Shown here: in pieces, positions 1-9,929 of the stretch | How the letters are laid out: the number at the start of each line of letters is the position of its first letter | Numbering within the stretch: the first letter of the stretch is position 1 | NCBI GenBank assembly: GCA_016933615.1 | Contig: JAFGAO010000061.1 | Location: 2,082-66,081 of the forward strand | Direction of reading: 5' to 3' | From: Acidobacteriota bacterium | GTDB lineage: Bacteria > Acidobacteriota > UBA6911 | Length of the DNA stretch: 64,000 bases | Notes under the pieces: generated by a model | What the model saw: only the letters and a program-made list of their open reading frames with translations | Databases searched by the model: none | What the model was told of the DNA's origin: nothing | Program-made: the position numbers and the translations under genes

Positions 1-1
1 C

Positions 2-253
2 GTCTGGTTCGGAGAAGGCATCGACAGTGAAGTCCTGCGAGAATCGACCGCCGCCCTCGACTGCGACGTCTTCATGACCGTCGGCACCGCGGCCGTCGTC
101 TACCCCGCGGCCGGTCTGGTCGACGCCGCCCACCGGAAAGGGGCATTCACCGCAGAGATCAACCTCGAACCAACCCCCGCCTCCGGCGCCGTGGACCTGT
201 CCATCCAGGGCCCGGCGGAAGTGATTCTGCATAGTGTGGAGGCTTTGCTGTAA
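2..253 (+). CDS. cobB: NAD-dependent protein deacylase (Sir2/CobB family), C-terminal fragment; the 5' end lies outside the window
   Basis: Frame 2 reads VWFGEGI...FMTVGTAAVVYPAAGLV...EINLEPTP...VILHSVEALL*. This matches the conserved sirtuin C-terminal region (VWFGE, GTS..VYPAA, INxEPT). Stop codon at 251-253. Confidence 0.7.
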   Translation, partial: VWFGEGIDSEVLRESTAALDCDVFMTVGTAAVVYPAAGLVDAAHRKGAFTAEINLEPTPASGAVDLSIQGPAEVILHSVEALL

Positions 254-310
254 AAACAGGGACATACCTTTTTTGTAGTGATAAAAAGGTATTGGACTAA
301 GCCGTTTTTA

Positions 311-970
311 TTACCTGGATCGTTTCAATCCTGTTTTCGGGCAATAGGGGGTGATGGGACAGCGGCTGCACCAGGGGGACACCGGGACGCAGAGATTCTG
401 GCCGAAAGTCACCAGGATGTCGTTGTAGGTTATCCAATGTCTTTTGGGAAGCTTTTTGCGCAGGGCAAATTCGGTCTCTTCGGGCGTCCGGGTCCTGACG
501 TAGCCCCAGAGATTGGAAATGCGGTGTACGTGGGTGTCCACGCAGATGCCGTAGTCCCCGAAACCCAACGTGAGCACCAGGTTGGCGGTCTTTCTGCCGA
601 CGCCCGGAAGCCCGAGGAGCGCCTCCATGTCGCGGGGAACCTTGCCGCCGAATTCCTCCGCCAGAATCCTGCATGTTTTCAGCAGGTTCCGCGCCTTCGT
701 CCTGTAGAACCCGACGGGATAGATCCATCGCTCGATCTCTTCAGCGGACAAAGCGGCGATGGTTTCCGCCGTCGGCGCACGCCCGAGCAGACGGCGGGAC
801 GCAGCCCCCGTCACCTTGTCCTTGGTGCGCAGCGACAGAATCGTGCTTACCAGGGTCTCAAACGGCCGGTCCGCGGCACGCTCGGCCATGATGCCGACAG
901 CCGGTACTTTCCATTTTTTTATTTCCTTTTTCAATATAATTAGAATCTTGTTGATTGTCGCGTTGTCCAT
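311..970 (-). CDS. nth: Endonuclease III (HhH-GPD DNA glycosylase with a [4Fe-4S] cluster)
   Basis: 219-aa ORF. It has the HhH-GPD segment LLGLPGVGRKTANLVL..CVDTHVHR and the C-terminal Cys cluster CVPVSPWCSRCPITPYC (C-x6-C-x2-C-x5-C). Confidence 0.9.
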   Translation of the reverse strand: MDNATINKILIILKKEIKKWKVPAVGIMAERAADRPFETLVSTILSLRTKDKVTGAASRRLLGRAPTAETIAALSAEEIERWIYPVGFYRTKARNLLKTCRILAEEFGGKVPRDMEALLGLPGVGRKTANLVLTLGFGDYGICVDTHVHRISNLWGYVRTRTPEETEFALRKKLPKRHWITYNDILVTFGQNLCVPVSPWCSRCPITPYCPKTGLKRSR

Positions 971-976
971 CGGAAT

Positions 977-2188
977 TCATTCCGGAACATGCAGCCTCTT
1001 GAAAGCGTCGCTTCCCTCTTCCCGGATTATTTCCCGGCCCAGCCGGTCCGCTCCCAGAAAGGCGCCCAGCAGTTTTTCCGGGGTGATCTCAAAAGGCTCG
1101 TTGTTCACAATCGGCTCGCCCGCGGCCGCTTTCATGGCATCCATCAGGACTTGGGAATTCTTTTGCGGATCCAGGCCGAACTGCTCGAGGCACACGGGCA
1201 AACCGACTCCGTTCAGGAAACGGGCCGCTTTCCCGGCTTCCTCGGGATGGCCTTCCAGCAGAAGGTGGGCCATGAGACCTGCGGCGACCATTTCCCCGTG
1301 AAGGAAATCCCGGTGCAGCGCTTCAATAACCGTCAGTCCGGCCGCGTAGGCATGGGCCGCCGCCAGCCCGCAGCTTTCGAAACCCACGCCGCTCAAAAGG
1401 GTATTCGCCTCGATGACGCGTTCCAAAGACTCGTTGATCTCTCCGCGCCTCATGGCGTCGACGGCGCGCATCCCGTCTTCAAACACGGTTTTGGCGCACA
1501 GTTCGGCAATCGCAAGCGCCGCAATGGTCATTCGCGCTCCGGCAATGGACCTGCCTTCCGGATTCCCGTAGCAGGTTCGGGCTTCGTATCCGGTTGCCAG
1601 AGCGTCGCCCATGCCGGATATCAAGTGCCTTGCGGGAGCCGCGGCGATGACACCCGTGTCGACGACAACCAGGGCCGGGTTTCGGGGATAGAATTCAGGC
1701 CCCTTCCCTACACCGGCGGGCGTGTACAGAATCGACACGGCGGAGCACGGAGCATCGGTGGACGCAATGGTCGGGCAGATCACGGCCGGGACATCAAGGC
1801 GGAACGCGACGGCTTTTCCGGCGTCGATGCACTTCCCTCCACCGGCGGCAACGACGCAGTCCGCCGCCGGTACGTATTTGCGGGAAACTTCTACGACGCG
1901 CTCCACTTCCTCAAGGGAGCATTCTCCCCCGAATATCTCCACCCTGCCCTGTACCGCATTCTTCCGGAAACTCTCCTCCAGGCGCCGGCCTAATCGGACC
2001 CTTCCTCCTTCGGTTGTCAGCACCAACGGCCGTTTCGCGGGCACGAGCGACAGGTACGTTCCAAGCAGGTCGATCACGCCGTTTCCCTGGACATACCGGG
2101 ACGGGGCCGCCAGAACGCGAGGCGGGATCCCGCCGCCCGGACCGGTTGAGAAAACAGCGTGCGGGGAAAACCGTCCGCGCGTCGTCAT
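977..2188 (-). CDS. gldA: Glycerol dehydrogenase-like iron-containing alcohol dehydrogenase
   Basis: 403 aa, colinear from recall with E. coli GldA (PTIASTDAPCSA, VVVDTGVIAAAPARHL, GMGDALAT, VIEANTLLSGVGFES.GLAAAHA, HGEMVA). Strong SD (AAGGAGG) lies 4 nt before the ATG at 2188. Confidence 0.8.
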   Translation of the reverse strand: MTTRGRFSPHAVFSTGPGGGIPPRVLAAPSRYVQGNGVIDLLGTYLSLVPAKRPLVLTTEGGRVRLGRRLEESFRKNAVQGRVEIFGGECSLEEVERVVEVSRKYVPAADCVVAAGGGKCIDAGKAVAFRLDVPAVICPTIASTDAPCSAVSILYTPAGVGKGPEFYPRNPALVVVDTGVIAAAPARHLISGMGDALATGYEARTCYGNPEGRSIAGARMTIAALAIAELCAKTVFEDGMRAVDAMRRGEINESLERVIEANTLLSGVGFESCGLAAAHAYAAGLTVIEALHRDFLHGEMVAAGLMAHLLLEGHPEEAGKAARFLNGVGLPVCLEQFGLDPQKNSQVLMDAMKAAAGEPIVNNEPFEITPEKLLGAFLGADRLGREIIREEGSDAFKRLHVPE

Positions 2189-2262
2189 CTTTCCTCCTTG
2201 TCGGATTGCCGGGGCGGAAGATTCCGTCCGGATCTGGTATTCTTACATCAAAGGAGGTCGTC

Positions 2263-2598
2263 ATGGCATCAAAAAGCGGAAATAAAAACACCCTGTTGGC
2301 CCTGGCCACAGGCGCTGTCGCCGGAGCCGCAATCGCTCTGCTTCTTGCGCCGCAGTCCGGGGAGGAAACGCGGCAGGATATCCGCCGCGCAGGGAAGAAA
2401 GCTCTGGATAAAACCGATTCTCTGCGGGCGGAGCTGTGCCGCAGCATCGACGGTATGGCCGACGAAGTCTGGGAAAAGATTCAGAAAGACCTCGATCAGG
2501 GCCGCAAGTGGACCGAAAAGTCTCTCAGCGAGCTCCAGAAGGTACTCAATTCCGGAAGAGACTCTATCCGCGATGGAATCGACAAAATCCGGGGATAA
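2263..2598 (+). CDS. YtxH-domain (general-stress-like) membrane-anchored protein
   Basis: I chose the internal ATG at 2263 because AAGGAGG sits at 2251-2257. The N-terminus LLALATGAVAGAAIALLLAPQSGEETRQ is the typical YtxH motif, followed by a helical tail. Confidence 0.7.
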   Translation: MASKSGNKNTLLALATGAVAGAAIALLLAPQSGEETRQDIRRAGKKALDKTDSLRAELCRSIDGMADEVWEKIQKDLDQGRKWTEKSLSELQKVLNSGRDSIRDGIDKIRG

Positions 2599-2678
2599 TC
2601 TAGGCGCAGTGCCTTTCTGATATCGAACGGAAGCCGGGGCTCGCCGTTTGTATTTCATGCCGGACGGAAGAGAATGCG

Positions 2679-3179
2679 ATGAGTAAAATAATTGCCGGAG
2701 TTATGGGGCCGGGGAAAACCGCAACCGATGAGGAGATGCACCTGGCCCATGAAATAGGAAAACTTATTGCGCAGCAGGGCTGGGTTCTGCTGACGGGCGG
2801 TATCAAATACGGGGTCATGGATGCGGCGGGACTGGGAGCCAGGGAATCGGGCGGGACTGTTGTCGGGATTCTGCCCGGGGCCGATGCCGCGGAAATGTCC
2901 GGCAGTGTCGATATCCCTATCGTGACCGGCATGCTGGACGCACGGAACAACATCAATGTCCTTTCCAGCAGGATTTTATTTTTTATCGGCATGAGTCCCG
3001 GCACGGCCTCGGAACTGGCTCTGGCTCTGAAATACGGGAGGGCGTCGATACTGATTTCGCAGAAGGAGGATGTGATCCGTGCATTCCGGTATATCGGACG
3101 CAATAAAATTGAGATCGCCCCCGATGTACCGTCCGCCATGGATATAGCCCGCAGAATCGCTGAAAAAAACAGGGCATAA
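2679..3179 (+). CDS. TIGR00725 / LOG-like (DprA-Rossmann-related) family protein
   Basis: 166 aa. Pattern IAGVMGPG...LLTGGIKYGVMDAAGLGA...GGTVVGILPG...GMSPGTASELALAL resembles the LOG/TIGR00725 nucleotide-binding fold. The assignment is from motif recall only. Confidence 0.6.
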   Translation: MSKIIAGVMGPGKTATDEEMHLAHEIGKLIAQQGWVLLTGGIKYGVMDAAGLGARESGGTVVGILPGADAAEMSGSVDIPIVTGMLDARNNINVLSSRILFFIGMSPGTASELALALKYGRASILISQKEDVIRAFRYIGRNKIEIAPDVPSAMDIARRIAEKNRA

Positions 3180-3237
3180 ACCACACCTGCCTCCACGATC
3201 CAACGGGAATTTCCAATCGGGTCGGAGGACATGCGAA

Positions 3238-3594
3238 CTAATTGTTTTTATACCCTCCGGAAGGATAGACCAGCTCGGAATACTGAATAGAAGGGTCCCA
3301 GTCCGTCTTTTTCAGGATTTTCCGGTTGCCTTCGAGCGTCTCGGACCGGACATAGCCGTCTTCCTCGAGTTCGGCTATCAGCTGGTCAAAGGAGCGAATC
3401 CAAGTATAGTACCCGGCCTGGTTGTCCTCCCTGTCCCAGTCCACCTCTTCGCGCCTGTGGCCCGTCAGGGACTCGAATACGGCTCTTTCCCACAGATCGG
3501 GCGTTGTTTCCTTGAGGCGCGCCAGTTGACGCAGCATCTCCGATTTTACCTGGACCTTGGTGTCGCCTGTCACGATGCCTTCATTCACTGTCAT
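3238..3594 (-). CDS. Hypothetical protein (acidic, 118 aa)
   Basis: I moved the start from the track's TTG (3612) to the ATG at 3594, which is preceded by AAAAAGGAG. Codon usage looks coding. I recognise no family. Confidence 0.5.
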   Translation of the reverse strand: MTVNEGIVTGDTKVQVKSEMLRQLARLKETTPDLWERAVFESLTGHRREEVDWDREDNQAGYYTWIRSFDQLIAELEEDGYVRSETLEGNRKILKKTDWDPSIQYSELVYPSGGYKNN

Positions 3595-3746
3595 GTCTTT
3601 CTCCTTTTTCAATGTCTGTTTCGGGTTCGAAACATTTTAATATGAAAATAATATTCATAATCATAACAATCAAACAAATTCACAAGCCGGCTGCCATATT
3701 TTAGGGTACTTGATTCGGGACAATATTGAGGCTAATGTAGAAATCC

Positions 3747-4658
3747 ATGGACTGGTGTGAGCCGAGGGACTTCAGCGATTGGTTCGGTCGATTTTTCTCC
3801 CTGCGGAGCCTGACATTCATACTGATTGTTGCGCTGCTTGTAATCTTTGAATTCCGTTTTGACTGGATGGAAAAGGCGCTGGGATCCTATCTGTCCACCA
3901 CCAACCGTCAGCGGCCCGAAACCGGAGAGATCTGGGAAACGGCTCACGACACAGAGCAGGCGCGGAATTCCCTGAATGAGATCACGGTCGACCGGGAAAC
4001 CCTGCAGCGCAACGCCCGGGGCGCCGTCGACCTGGCCGATATCATCTCCTTCATTGCTGAAAATCAGAGCGTCATGATTTCTCCCGAGCACTTCCGTTCG
4101 CTCTATATGAAACTGCCTCGCAGCATCGCGTCGAAAATTATTGCGCCCAATGATCTGCTGCGCTTGCTGGGGGAGGGGGAGTGGGAGCGCACGTATTTTC
4201 GAAAATACGGAAACCAGCTCAGCATTTATCTGATAGACGGGTCCAACCGCGCCCTCTGCGAGATCGCAGTTCCGGACAGCACACTGGTGCAGATTGAACG
4301 CCGCAGGATCGTTTTCAGCGGATCGCTTGAAGAATGGGGCTTTGCGCCTGAAAGAATCCGCCCGGCGAACCGGTTCTTTTCCTCACTGGGTTCCCTTCCT
4401 GAGGATGTCCGGGCCGAAATCCTGGCACGACCCGAGGATATTCTCAGCGCCGGAGGCCGCCTGGTCCGGGTCGGTTTTCCGCCTCAAGGGCAGGCCGAAT
4501 GGGTGGATATCGGCTTCGAGCTCGACGACGGCTCGCAACGGCAGGTCGTGATCCTGCCCGCCCGCGAGTGGGCCCTGGGACGGCTGCGTACGGCCGAAGA
4601 ATCGGCCGCGCTCTCCGGGCCCGTCATCCGCAATCCGGAGACAGGAATCGAACCATGA
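3747..4658 (+). CDS. Hypothetical N-terminally membrane-anchored protein, translationally coupled to PBP1A
   Basis: 303-aa ORF with one predicted TM segment (LTFILIVALLVIFEF). Its TGA (4656-4658) overlaps the ATG of the next gene (4655) as ATGA. Confidence 0.6.
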   Translation: MDWCEPRDFSDWFGRFFSLRSLTFILIVALLVIFEFRFDWMEKALGSYLSTTNRQRPETGEIWETAHDTEQARNSLNEITVDRETLQRNARGAVDLADIISFIAENQSVMISPEHFRSLYMKLPRSIASKIIAPNDLLRLLGEGEWERTYFRKYGNQLSIYLIDGSNRALCEIAVPDSTLVQIERRRIVFSGSLEEWGFAPERIRPANRFFSSLGSLPEDVRAEILARPEDILSAGGRLVRVGFPPQGQAEWVDIGFELDDGSQRQVVILPAREWALGRLRTAEESAALSGPVIRNPETGIEP

Positions 4659-6718
4659 ATCGCCGCGGCAGGCTCATCCGTCGTATTCGAATGGTTTTCT
4701 ACACCCTTGCGGGCCTGGCGGCTTTTTCTTTCCTCACGGCGGTCGTCTCCTTCTTCGTCCTTCTGGATCAACTGCCCCGCGTCCCCGAACCTCTCAGCCG
4801 CATCATCGAAAGGCCTCCCACGGAAATTTACGCGGCGACGGGCGAACGCGTTCTCGTTCTGGGCGGCCGTGAAGCGGTGCCCCTGAACCGGATCTCCCCG
4901 CGGTTTGTCGAAGCCGTCGTGGCCGTTGAGGACCATCGCTTCTGGAGCCACCACGGCATCGATAAGATCCGCCTTACCAGGGCGTTCCTGGACGGACTGG
5001 CCCCCCACAGAAGAGTCCGGGGCACATCCACAATCACCCAGCAGCTGGCGAAAAACCTTTTCTTCAGCCTCGACCGGTCCCTTAAACGCAAGTTCCTGGA
5101 AATACTCGTCGCGTGCCAGATTGAATCCAGGTATTCAAAGGAAGAAATCCTTCAGGCCTACATCAACAACACCTCTTTCGGAGTAAACGCCCTCGGGATC
5201 GAGCAGGCCTCCCGTTCATTTTTCGGCAAGCCTGCATCCGATCTCAACCTGGCGGAAGCGTCCCTGCTGGCCGGTCTGCCCCAGTCTCCCAGCGGATACA
5301 ATCCCTACCGGCACATGGATCGGGCAAAGAGGCGGCAGCGGACGGTTCTCGGGCGCATGGCGGCCGTCGGATACATCACCCCGAAGGAGTCGGACGAAGC
5401 TTTCGAGTCGCCGCTGGATCTGCGTCCGAGGCAGGCGTCCGGCGGCGGAAGCTACTTCCTGGACAAGGTCATCCGGGACCTGGAAGAACGGTACGGCCCC
5501 GAGGTCGTCTACAACGGGGGCCTGCGCGTAACCACGACACTGGACATACAGCTTCAGCGTTGGGCCGCGGAAGCCGTCGAGAAAGGCGCCGGGCGGCTGG
5601 ACCGGGAAATAGGATTGTTGCAAACGAACGCGGCGGAAAATCAAACGGCCGTGCCGCAGGTCGCTCTGGCGGCCGTGGACGTCAACTCGGGAGCCGTCAA
5701 AGCCGTCGTCGGCGGCAGGGACTATTTCAAAAGCGAATACAACCGCGCCGTCCAGAACAACCGCCAGCCCGGATCCGGCTTCAAGCCTTTTCTGTATTAC
5801 GCCGCGCTCGATTCGCCCGGCATAACCCCCGCGACGGTTTTTACCGATAAAAAAGTGACCATCCCGGTCAGGGGCGCCCCCGACTGGACGCCCGACAACT
5901 TCGGCCGCGAACACGCGGGTCCGATGATCCTGAAACGCGCCCTGATGAATTCCGTCAACTCCATCGCGGCCCAGCTCATTGTGGAATTGAAGCCGGCCGG
6001 GGTTATCGAGACGGCGCGCAAATGCGGCATCAGCAGCCCCCTGGCCGAAGTCTATTCCATTGCACTGGGCACATCGGGAGCCAGCCCTCTCGAGATGGCT
6101 TCGGCGTTCGGCGTTTTTGCATCGGGGGGCGTGCGCCACGAACCTTTCTGGATCTGGCGCGTCGAGGACGCTTACGGCCGCGCACTGGAGGAACATATAG
6201 TCAGCGGAGAAAACGCGCTGAATCCCGAAACGGTATTTCAGCTCGTCGACATGCTGCGGGGAGTCGTCGACCGGGGAACCGCCCAGGCGATCCGCACAAT
6301 GGGATTCTCCCTGCCGGCGGCCGGAAAAACCGGGACCAGCAACGACTACATGGACGCTTGGTTCACGGGCTTCACGCCCGGCTTGAGCGTCAGCATATGG
6401 ACGGGCTACGACGCCGGCAAAGGGCTCCGGGACCGCAACGGCGTCGGCATCACGGGAGGCCGTGCCGCCGCCCCTATATGGGCCGATTTCATGATCAAGG
6501 CGACCGGCGGAGAACCGGCGCGCGAATTCACCGTACCGCCCGGCATTCATTTCGAAACGGTGGACGACAGGACCGGCTATCTGACTGAAGAAGGTTCGCC
6601 GAACGCCCTGAGGGTGGCCTTGAAACCCGGGCAGAATCCCGAACCGGCTCCACCGGCGTTTTATGCGCCGGCGGCGGAACGGGAGAACGAAAGACCGTCC
6701 GCGGCAGGGCCCGATTGA
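4655..6718 (+). CDS. Penicillin-binding protein 1A (bifunctional glycosyltransferase GT51 / transpeptidase)
   Basis: GT51 motifs are EDHRFWSHHGID, GTSTITQQLAKN and RKFLE. Transpeptidase motifs are SGFKP (SxxK), SVN (SxN) and KTGTSND (KTG). There is an N-terminal TM anchor. The start at the ATG at 4655 fits the signal anchor. Confidence 0.9.
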   Translation: MNRRGRLIRRIRMVFYTLAGLAAFSFLTAVVSFFVLLDQLPRVPEPLSRIIERPPTEIYAATGERVLVLGGREAVPLNRISPRFVEAVVAVEDHRFWSHHGIDKIRLTRAFLDGLAPHRRVRGTSTITQQLAKNLFFSLDRSLKRKFLEILVACQIESRYSKEEILQAYINNTSFGVNALGIEQASRSFFGKPASDLNLAEASLLAGLPQSPSGYNPYRHMDRAKRRQRTVLGRMAAVGYITPKESDEAFESPLDLRPRQASGGGSYFLDKVIRDLEERYGPEVVYNGGLRVTTTLDIQLQRWAAEAVEKGAGRLDREIGLLQTNAAENQTAVPQVALAAVDVNSGAVKAVVGGRDYFKSEYNRAVQNNRQPGSGFKPFLYYAALDSPGITPATVFTDKKVTIPVRGAPDWTPDNFGREHAGPMILKRALMNSVNSIAAQLIVELKPAGVIETARKCGISSPLAEVYSIALGTSGASPLEMASAFGVFASGGVRHEPFWIWRVEDAYGRALEEHIVSGENALNPETVFQLVDMLRGVVDRGTAQAIRTMGFSLPAAGKTGTSNDYMDAWFTGFTPGLSVSIWTGYDAGKGLRDRNGVGITGGRAAAPIWADFMIKATGGEPAREFTVPPGIHFETVDDRTGYLTEEGSPNALRVALKPGQNPEPAPPAFYAPAAERENERPSAAGPD

Positions 6719-6797
6719 CAGGAAGCAATAGCGTACCTCCGGTTCGCGACAGGAGCTGTTTAACGGGAAACGGGAAACCCGGTACGTTTTTAAGAAC

Positions 6798-8264
6798 ATG
6801 GTCCATGCACTGAAAAACATAACGATCCGCCTCTGGATCGCCCTGGCAGCGGGCGGGCTCGCCACTCTGGGCTTGCTGGCCCTGTTCGGTTCCCCCCTGG
6901 GAGCGGCATTGAACCTGTCCGTCGCCCTTGTGCTGATCACCCTGGCATTTGTCGGATGCGGCTGGCTGTTCAACCGCATCGCGGCCCAGCGGCTCCAGGA
7001 TTGCTACAGAGAAGCCGCTTCCCGGGAGCGCACCGCAAGGATCGGGGAAGCGGCAGAGACTTTCCGCAGGGCGGTAGTTCTCTTCGACAGCTTCCTGGTC
7101 TCCCCCATGTTCCGCCGGCGTGCGGGCAGGGACCTGGCCGGAAGAATAGCGCGCTTCCACATAGCGCGATCCGTGCGCAACCCGGATTCCGAAAACTTTG
7201 TAACATCCTATCTGTGGGCGCATCCGGATGACGGGGAGGTCGCCGAATACTGGCTTCAGCATGCCCGGCTTGGAGACCGGGCCGATCCGGACCACTTGGC
7301 CCTTGCGGACCGCATCGCCGCGGCGCAGACACAAAATCCCGCGATCCTGAGCCTGATGGCCCAGACGTATCTGGCGCGGAACCGGACGGACTACACGGCC
7401 CTGCAAATCTATAAAAAACTGCTGCGGGAATCCGGCCATATCCAGGCAAAGGTTCTCCTGCGCCTGGCCGATCTCTTCGTCCAGGAAGGCCGGGCCGACG
7501 ATTGGGCCCTGGAAGCGTATCTGAAAGCCGTCAGGCGGGCGCCGGACAGGACGGAATATCTTCAGGGCCTGGCTGCCTGCCTGAGGCAGATCCGGACCAC
7601 GGAACGGAATGAATCCCTGGTTGAGGAAGCCGGGCAGGTTCTCGGCGCCTTCGACGCAGACACAATCCGCCGGTGGCAGGATCTGTTCAGCCGGGCGGCA
7701 ACCCCTTCGGCGTCCGAAGAACCGTCCCTTACGGAAAGACTGCTTTTAACCGTTCCCGGGCTCCTGCGCCGCGGATCCCGTGTTGCGGCTGAAAACACGG
7801 TGACCGCCGCCGCCATTGCCGCCCGATGGGGCCGGCATATCGGGAAATCCTGGAAAGAATCCGCGCGCACCCGCCAGACGGCCAGGTGGGCGGCGGTGAG
7901 CGTGTTCGCCGCCGTCGTCTTCATCTCCGGGATCCGAACCATAATTTACATCAGCGAAACCAAGGAATCGCCCGAATCGGCTCCATCCCCGGCAAAAACT
8001 CCCCCGATAACCGCCTCCGGCCGCTACACGGTCCAAGTCGCCTCCTTCCGCAATCGCCCCCAGGCGATCGGCTTCTCGGATCGTTTGCAGAAGATGGGAT
8101 TGCAGGCTTACTGGGGGGAATCCCGCATCACCGACGACAACATCTGGTATTACGTACGGATTTCCAGGTTCGAGGGGAAACTGGAAGCCAAGGAATTCGG
8201 GGAGAACCTGAAGAGCAAGGGTATCATCGACGACTTCTACGTCGCAAACTATAAGGCTCCATAA
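6798..8264 (+). CDS. Membrane protein with a TPR-like repeat region and a C-terminal SPOR (peptidoglycan-binding) domain
   Basis: 488 aa with two N-terminal TM helices and a central helical repeat region. The C-terminus YTVQVASFRNRPQAIGFSDRLQKMGLQAYW...YYVRISRFEGKLEAKEF is a typical SPOR fold signature. Confidence 0.7.
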   Translation: MVHALKNITIRLWIALAAGGLATLGLLALFGSPLGAALNLSVALVLITLAFVGCGWLFNRIAAQRLQDCYREAASRERTARIGEAAETFRRAVVLFDSFLVSPMFRRRAGRDLAGRIARFHIARSVRNPDSENFVTSYLWAHPDDGEVAEYWLQHARLGDRADPDHLALADRIAAAQTQNPAILSLMAQTYLARNRTDYTALQIYKKLLRESGHIQAKVLLRLADLFVQEGRADDWALEAYLKAVRRAPDRTEYLQGLAACLRQIRTTERNESLVEEAGQVLGAFDADTIRRWQDLFSRAATPSASEEPSLTERLLLTVPGLLRRGSRVAAENTVTAAAIAARWGRHIGKSWKESARTRQTARWAAVSVFAAVVFISGIRTIIYISETKESPESAPSPAKTPPITASGRYTVQVASFRNRPQAIGFSDRLQKMGLQAYWGESRITDDNIWYYVRISRFEGKLEAKEFGENLKSKGIIDDFYVANYKAP

Positions 8265-8579
8265 AGCGAAAATTCCCGGCGCCGGCGACTTCCCATTTTC
8301 TCCAGGAATTCGCCCGGCTTTGGAACTCCCCGCGCCTTCGAAGTCCTCGGACGAACCCGGCATATTTTCTTCTTGTGTCTGCAGACGCAATAGCCTATAA
8401 CCGCCGTTGAAGGCCCCAAAAGCGTCAGAGGAACATTGGATTGTGGAATTTGAAAATCCGTCCGGTTCATTCAAACGACACGCATCGCCCCATTCCTTTA
8501 TGCATCAAAACCATTCTTCTTCGGATCCGGCGTCGGGTCATCCGGTCTCAAGCTCGGGAACAGCGGGGAGAAACACGCC

Positions 8580-9914
8580 ATGGCTCTGAAAGTCCTGAGT
8601 AAAGACGGCTTCTATGGCTGGGTGAACATGGCCGTAATGTTTTTCTTCAATATCGCCATAATGCTGATCATGGTGTCCTTCGGGGTGTTTTTACCTTCCT
8701 GGGTTGAAGAATTCGCATGGAACAGGGGAATGCTGACGGGAGCGAATACGTTGATGATGATATTGACCGGGATCGCGGCTCCCATGGTCGGTATCTTTAT
8801 CATGAAGCAGGGAGCAAAGCGGGCAATACTTATAGGGAATATTATTAATGTATGCGGTCTGGCACTGCTGGCCTACCAGGATAAGATCTGGCATTTGTAC
8901 CTGGGATTCGGCGCGCTTATCGGCATAGGATTGAGCCTCGGGGGGATGCTGGCCATGATGACGGTTATCAATAACTGGTTCATCATGAAAAGATCGATCG
9001 CCTTGGCCGTTTCCATGGCCTCCATGGGCATATCCGGAACAGTGATGACGCCCGCTTTAATGGGGATGATTCACACGGTGGGATGGAGGAACACGTACCT
9101 GGTTATCGCCGCAACCGTTTTGACATTATCCGTGATCCTACCTGCAATATTTCTGAAAAATAAGCCGGAAGATCTGGGCCAGATCCCGGACGGTCCGGTT
9201 TCCGCAAAACAAGGAAAAGCGGATGCTGAAGCTCCGGCTTACAAGAATGTCTATAAAACGCCCGTGGACTTCACTGCCAGGGAAGCGATTCGGACCCGGA
9301 CCATGTGGCTGCTCGTAGGGTACGGCACCCTTACTTTTCTTGCCATGAATGGATTGATGCCGATTCAGATAGATTTTCTATTGGATATCGGCCTATCCGA
9401 TTACAAAGCATCCGCGGTAGTGGGAGTGTTTTCGGCCATCATGGCAATCAGCCAGCTGGGAATTGGATTCCTGGGTCTCCGGTTCAAAATGCATTCTCTG
9501 GCTATTGTCTCCATAACCTTTGCCATTACCGGTTTTGCCGTCCTAATATTTTCAAATTCCATGCTGCTGGCGCTCACATACTGCATCTTACTGGGCATAG
9601 GTTTCGGCATACAATCGATTGCCATGGGCAACCTATTCCCCGATTATTTCGGCCGAACGGAATTTCCCAAAATCATGGGGTATACGATGCCGTTTACCAT
9701 CATCATCGCCGGCTTCGGGGGGCCCATCGCCGGCTTCATTCGGGAATCCACAGGCACCTATATTCCGGCTTTTCGGCTGTTTCTCATTTTCCTGGTCCTG
9801 GCTTTTTTCTGTATAATTTTCGCCAAACCACCTGTGCATCCTTCCCTGAAGAACAGGCGGTCGCCGGGCTTACCGGGCCCTGGAACCCAACACGTTTACC
9901 CAACCAATGATTAA
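8580..9914 (+). CDS. MFS-type transporter
   Basis: 444 aa with about 12 hydrophobic segments and a central hydrophilic loop. A GGGGAG SD lies upstream. It is the first gene of a same-strand trio with the next two genes. Confidence 0.75.
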   Translation: MALKVLSKDGFYGWVNMAVMFFFNIAIMLIMVSFGVFLPSWVEEFAWNRGMLTGANTLMMILTGIAAPMVGIFIMKQGAKRAILIGNIINVCGLALLAYQDKIWHLYLGFGALIGIGLSLGGMLAMMTVINNWFIMKRSIALAVSMASMGISGTVMTPALMGMIHTVGWRNTYLVIAATVLTLSVILPAIFLKNKPEDLGQIPDGPVSAKQGKADAEAPAYKNVYKTPVDFTAREAIRTRTMWLLVGYGTLTFLAMNGLMPIQIDFLLDIGLSDYKASAVVGVFSAIMAISQLGIGFLGLRFKMHSLAIVSITFAITGFAVLIFSNSMLLALTYCILLGIGFGIQSIAMGNLFPDYFGRTEFPKIMGYTMPFTIIIAGFGGPIAGFIRESTGTYIPAFRLFLIFLVLAFFCIIFAKPPVHPSLKNRRSPGLPGPGTQHVYPTND

Positions 9915-9929
9915 TGGTGCAGACCCCCA

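Noticed and set aside
3621-3632. GGGTTCGAAAC, a tRNA T-arm-like motif (a similar CGGTTCGATTCC lies at about 45148-45160)
   Set aside because: No complementary T-stem, acceptor stem or anticodon arm can be built around either site, and the second lies inside a coding frame.
5216-6979. 587-aa minus-strand ORF
   Set aside because: It is antisense to PBP1A. The product is Arg/Gly/Pro-rich with low complexity, no motifs and no SD. It is a typical high-GC shadow ORF.
8580-9914. Lower G+C of the MFS transporter gene as a sign of horizontal transfer
   Set aside because: The shift is moderate and is explained by the Ile/Phe/Leu/Met-rich membrane-protein composition. The gene is embedded in a same-strand operon-like trio with normal flanks.
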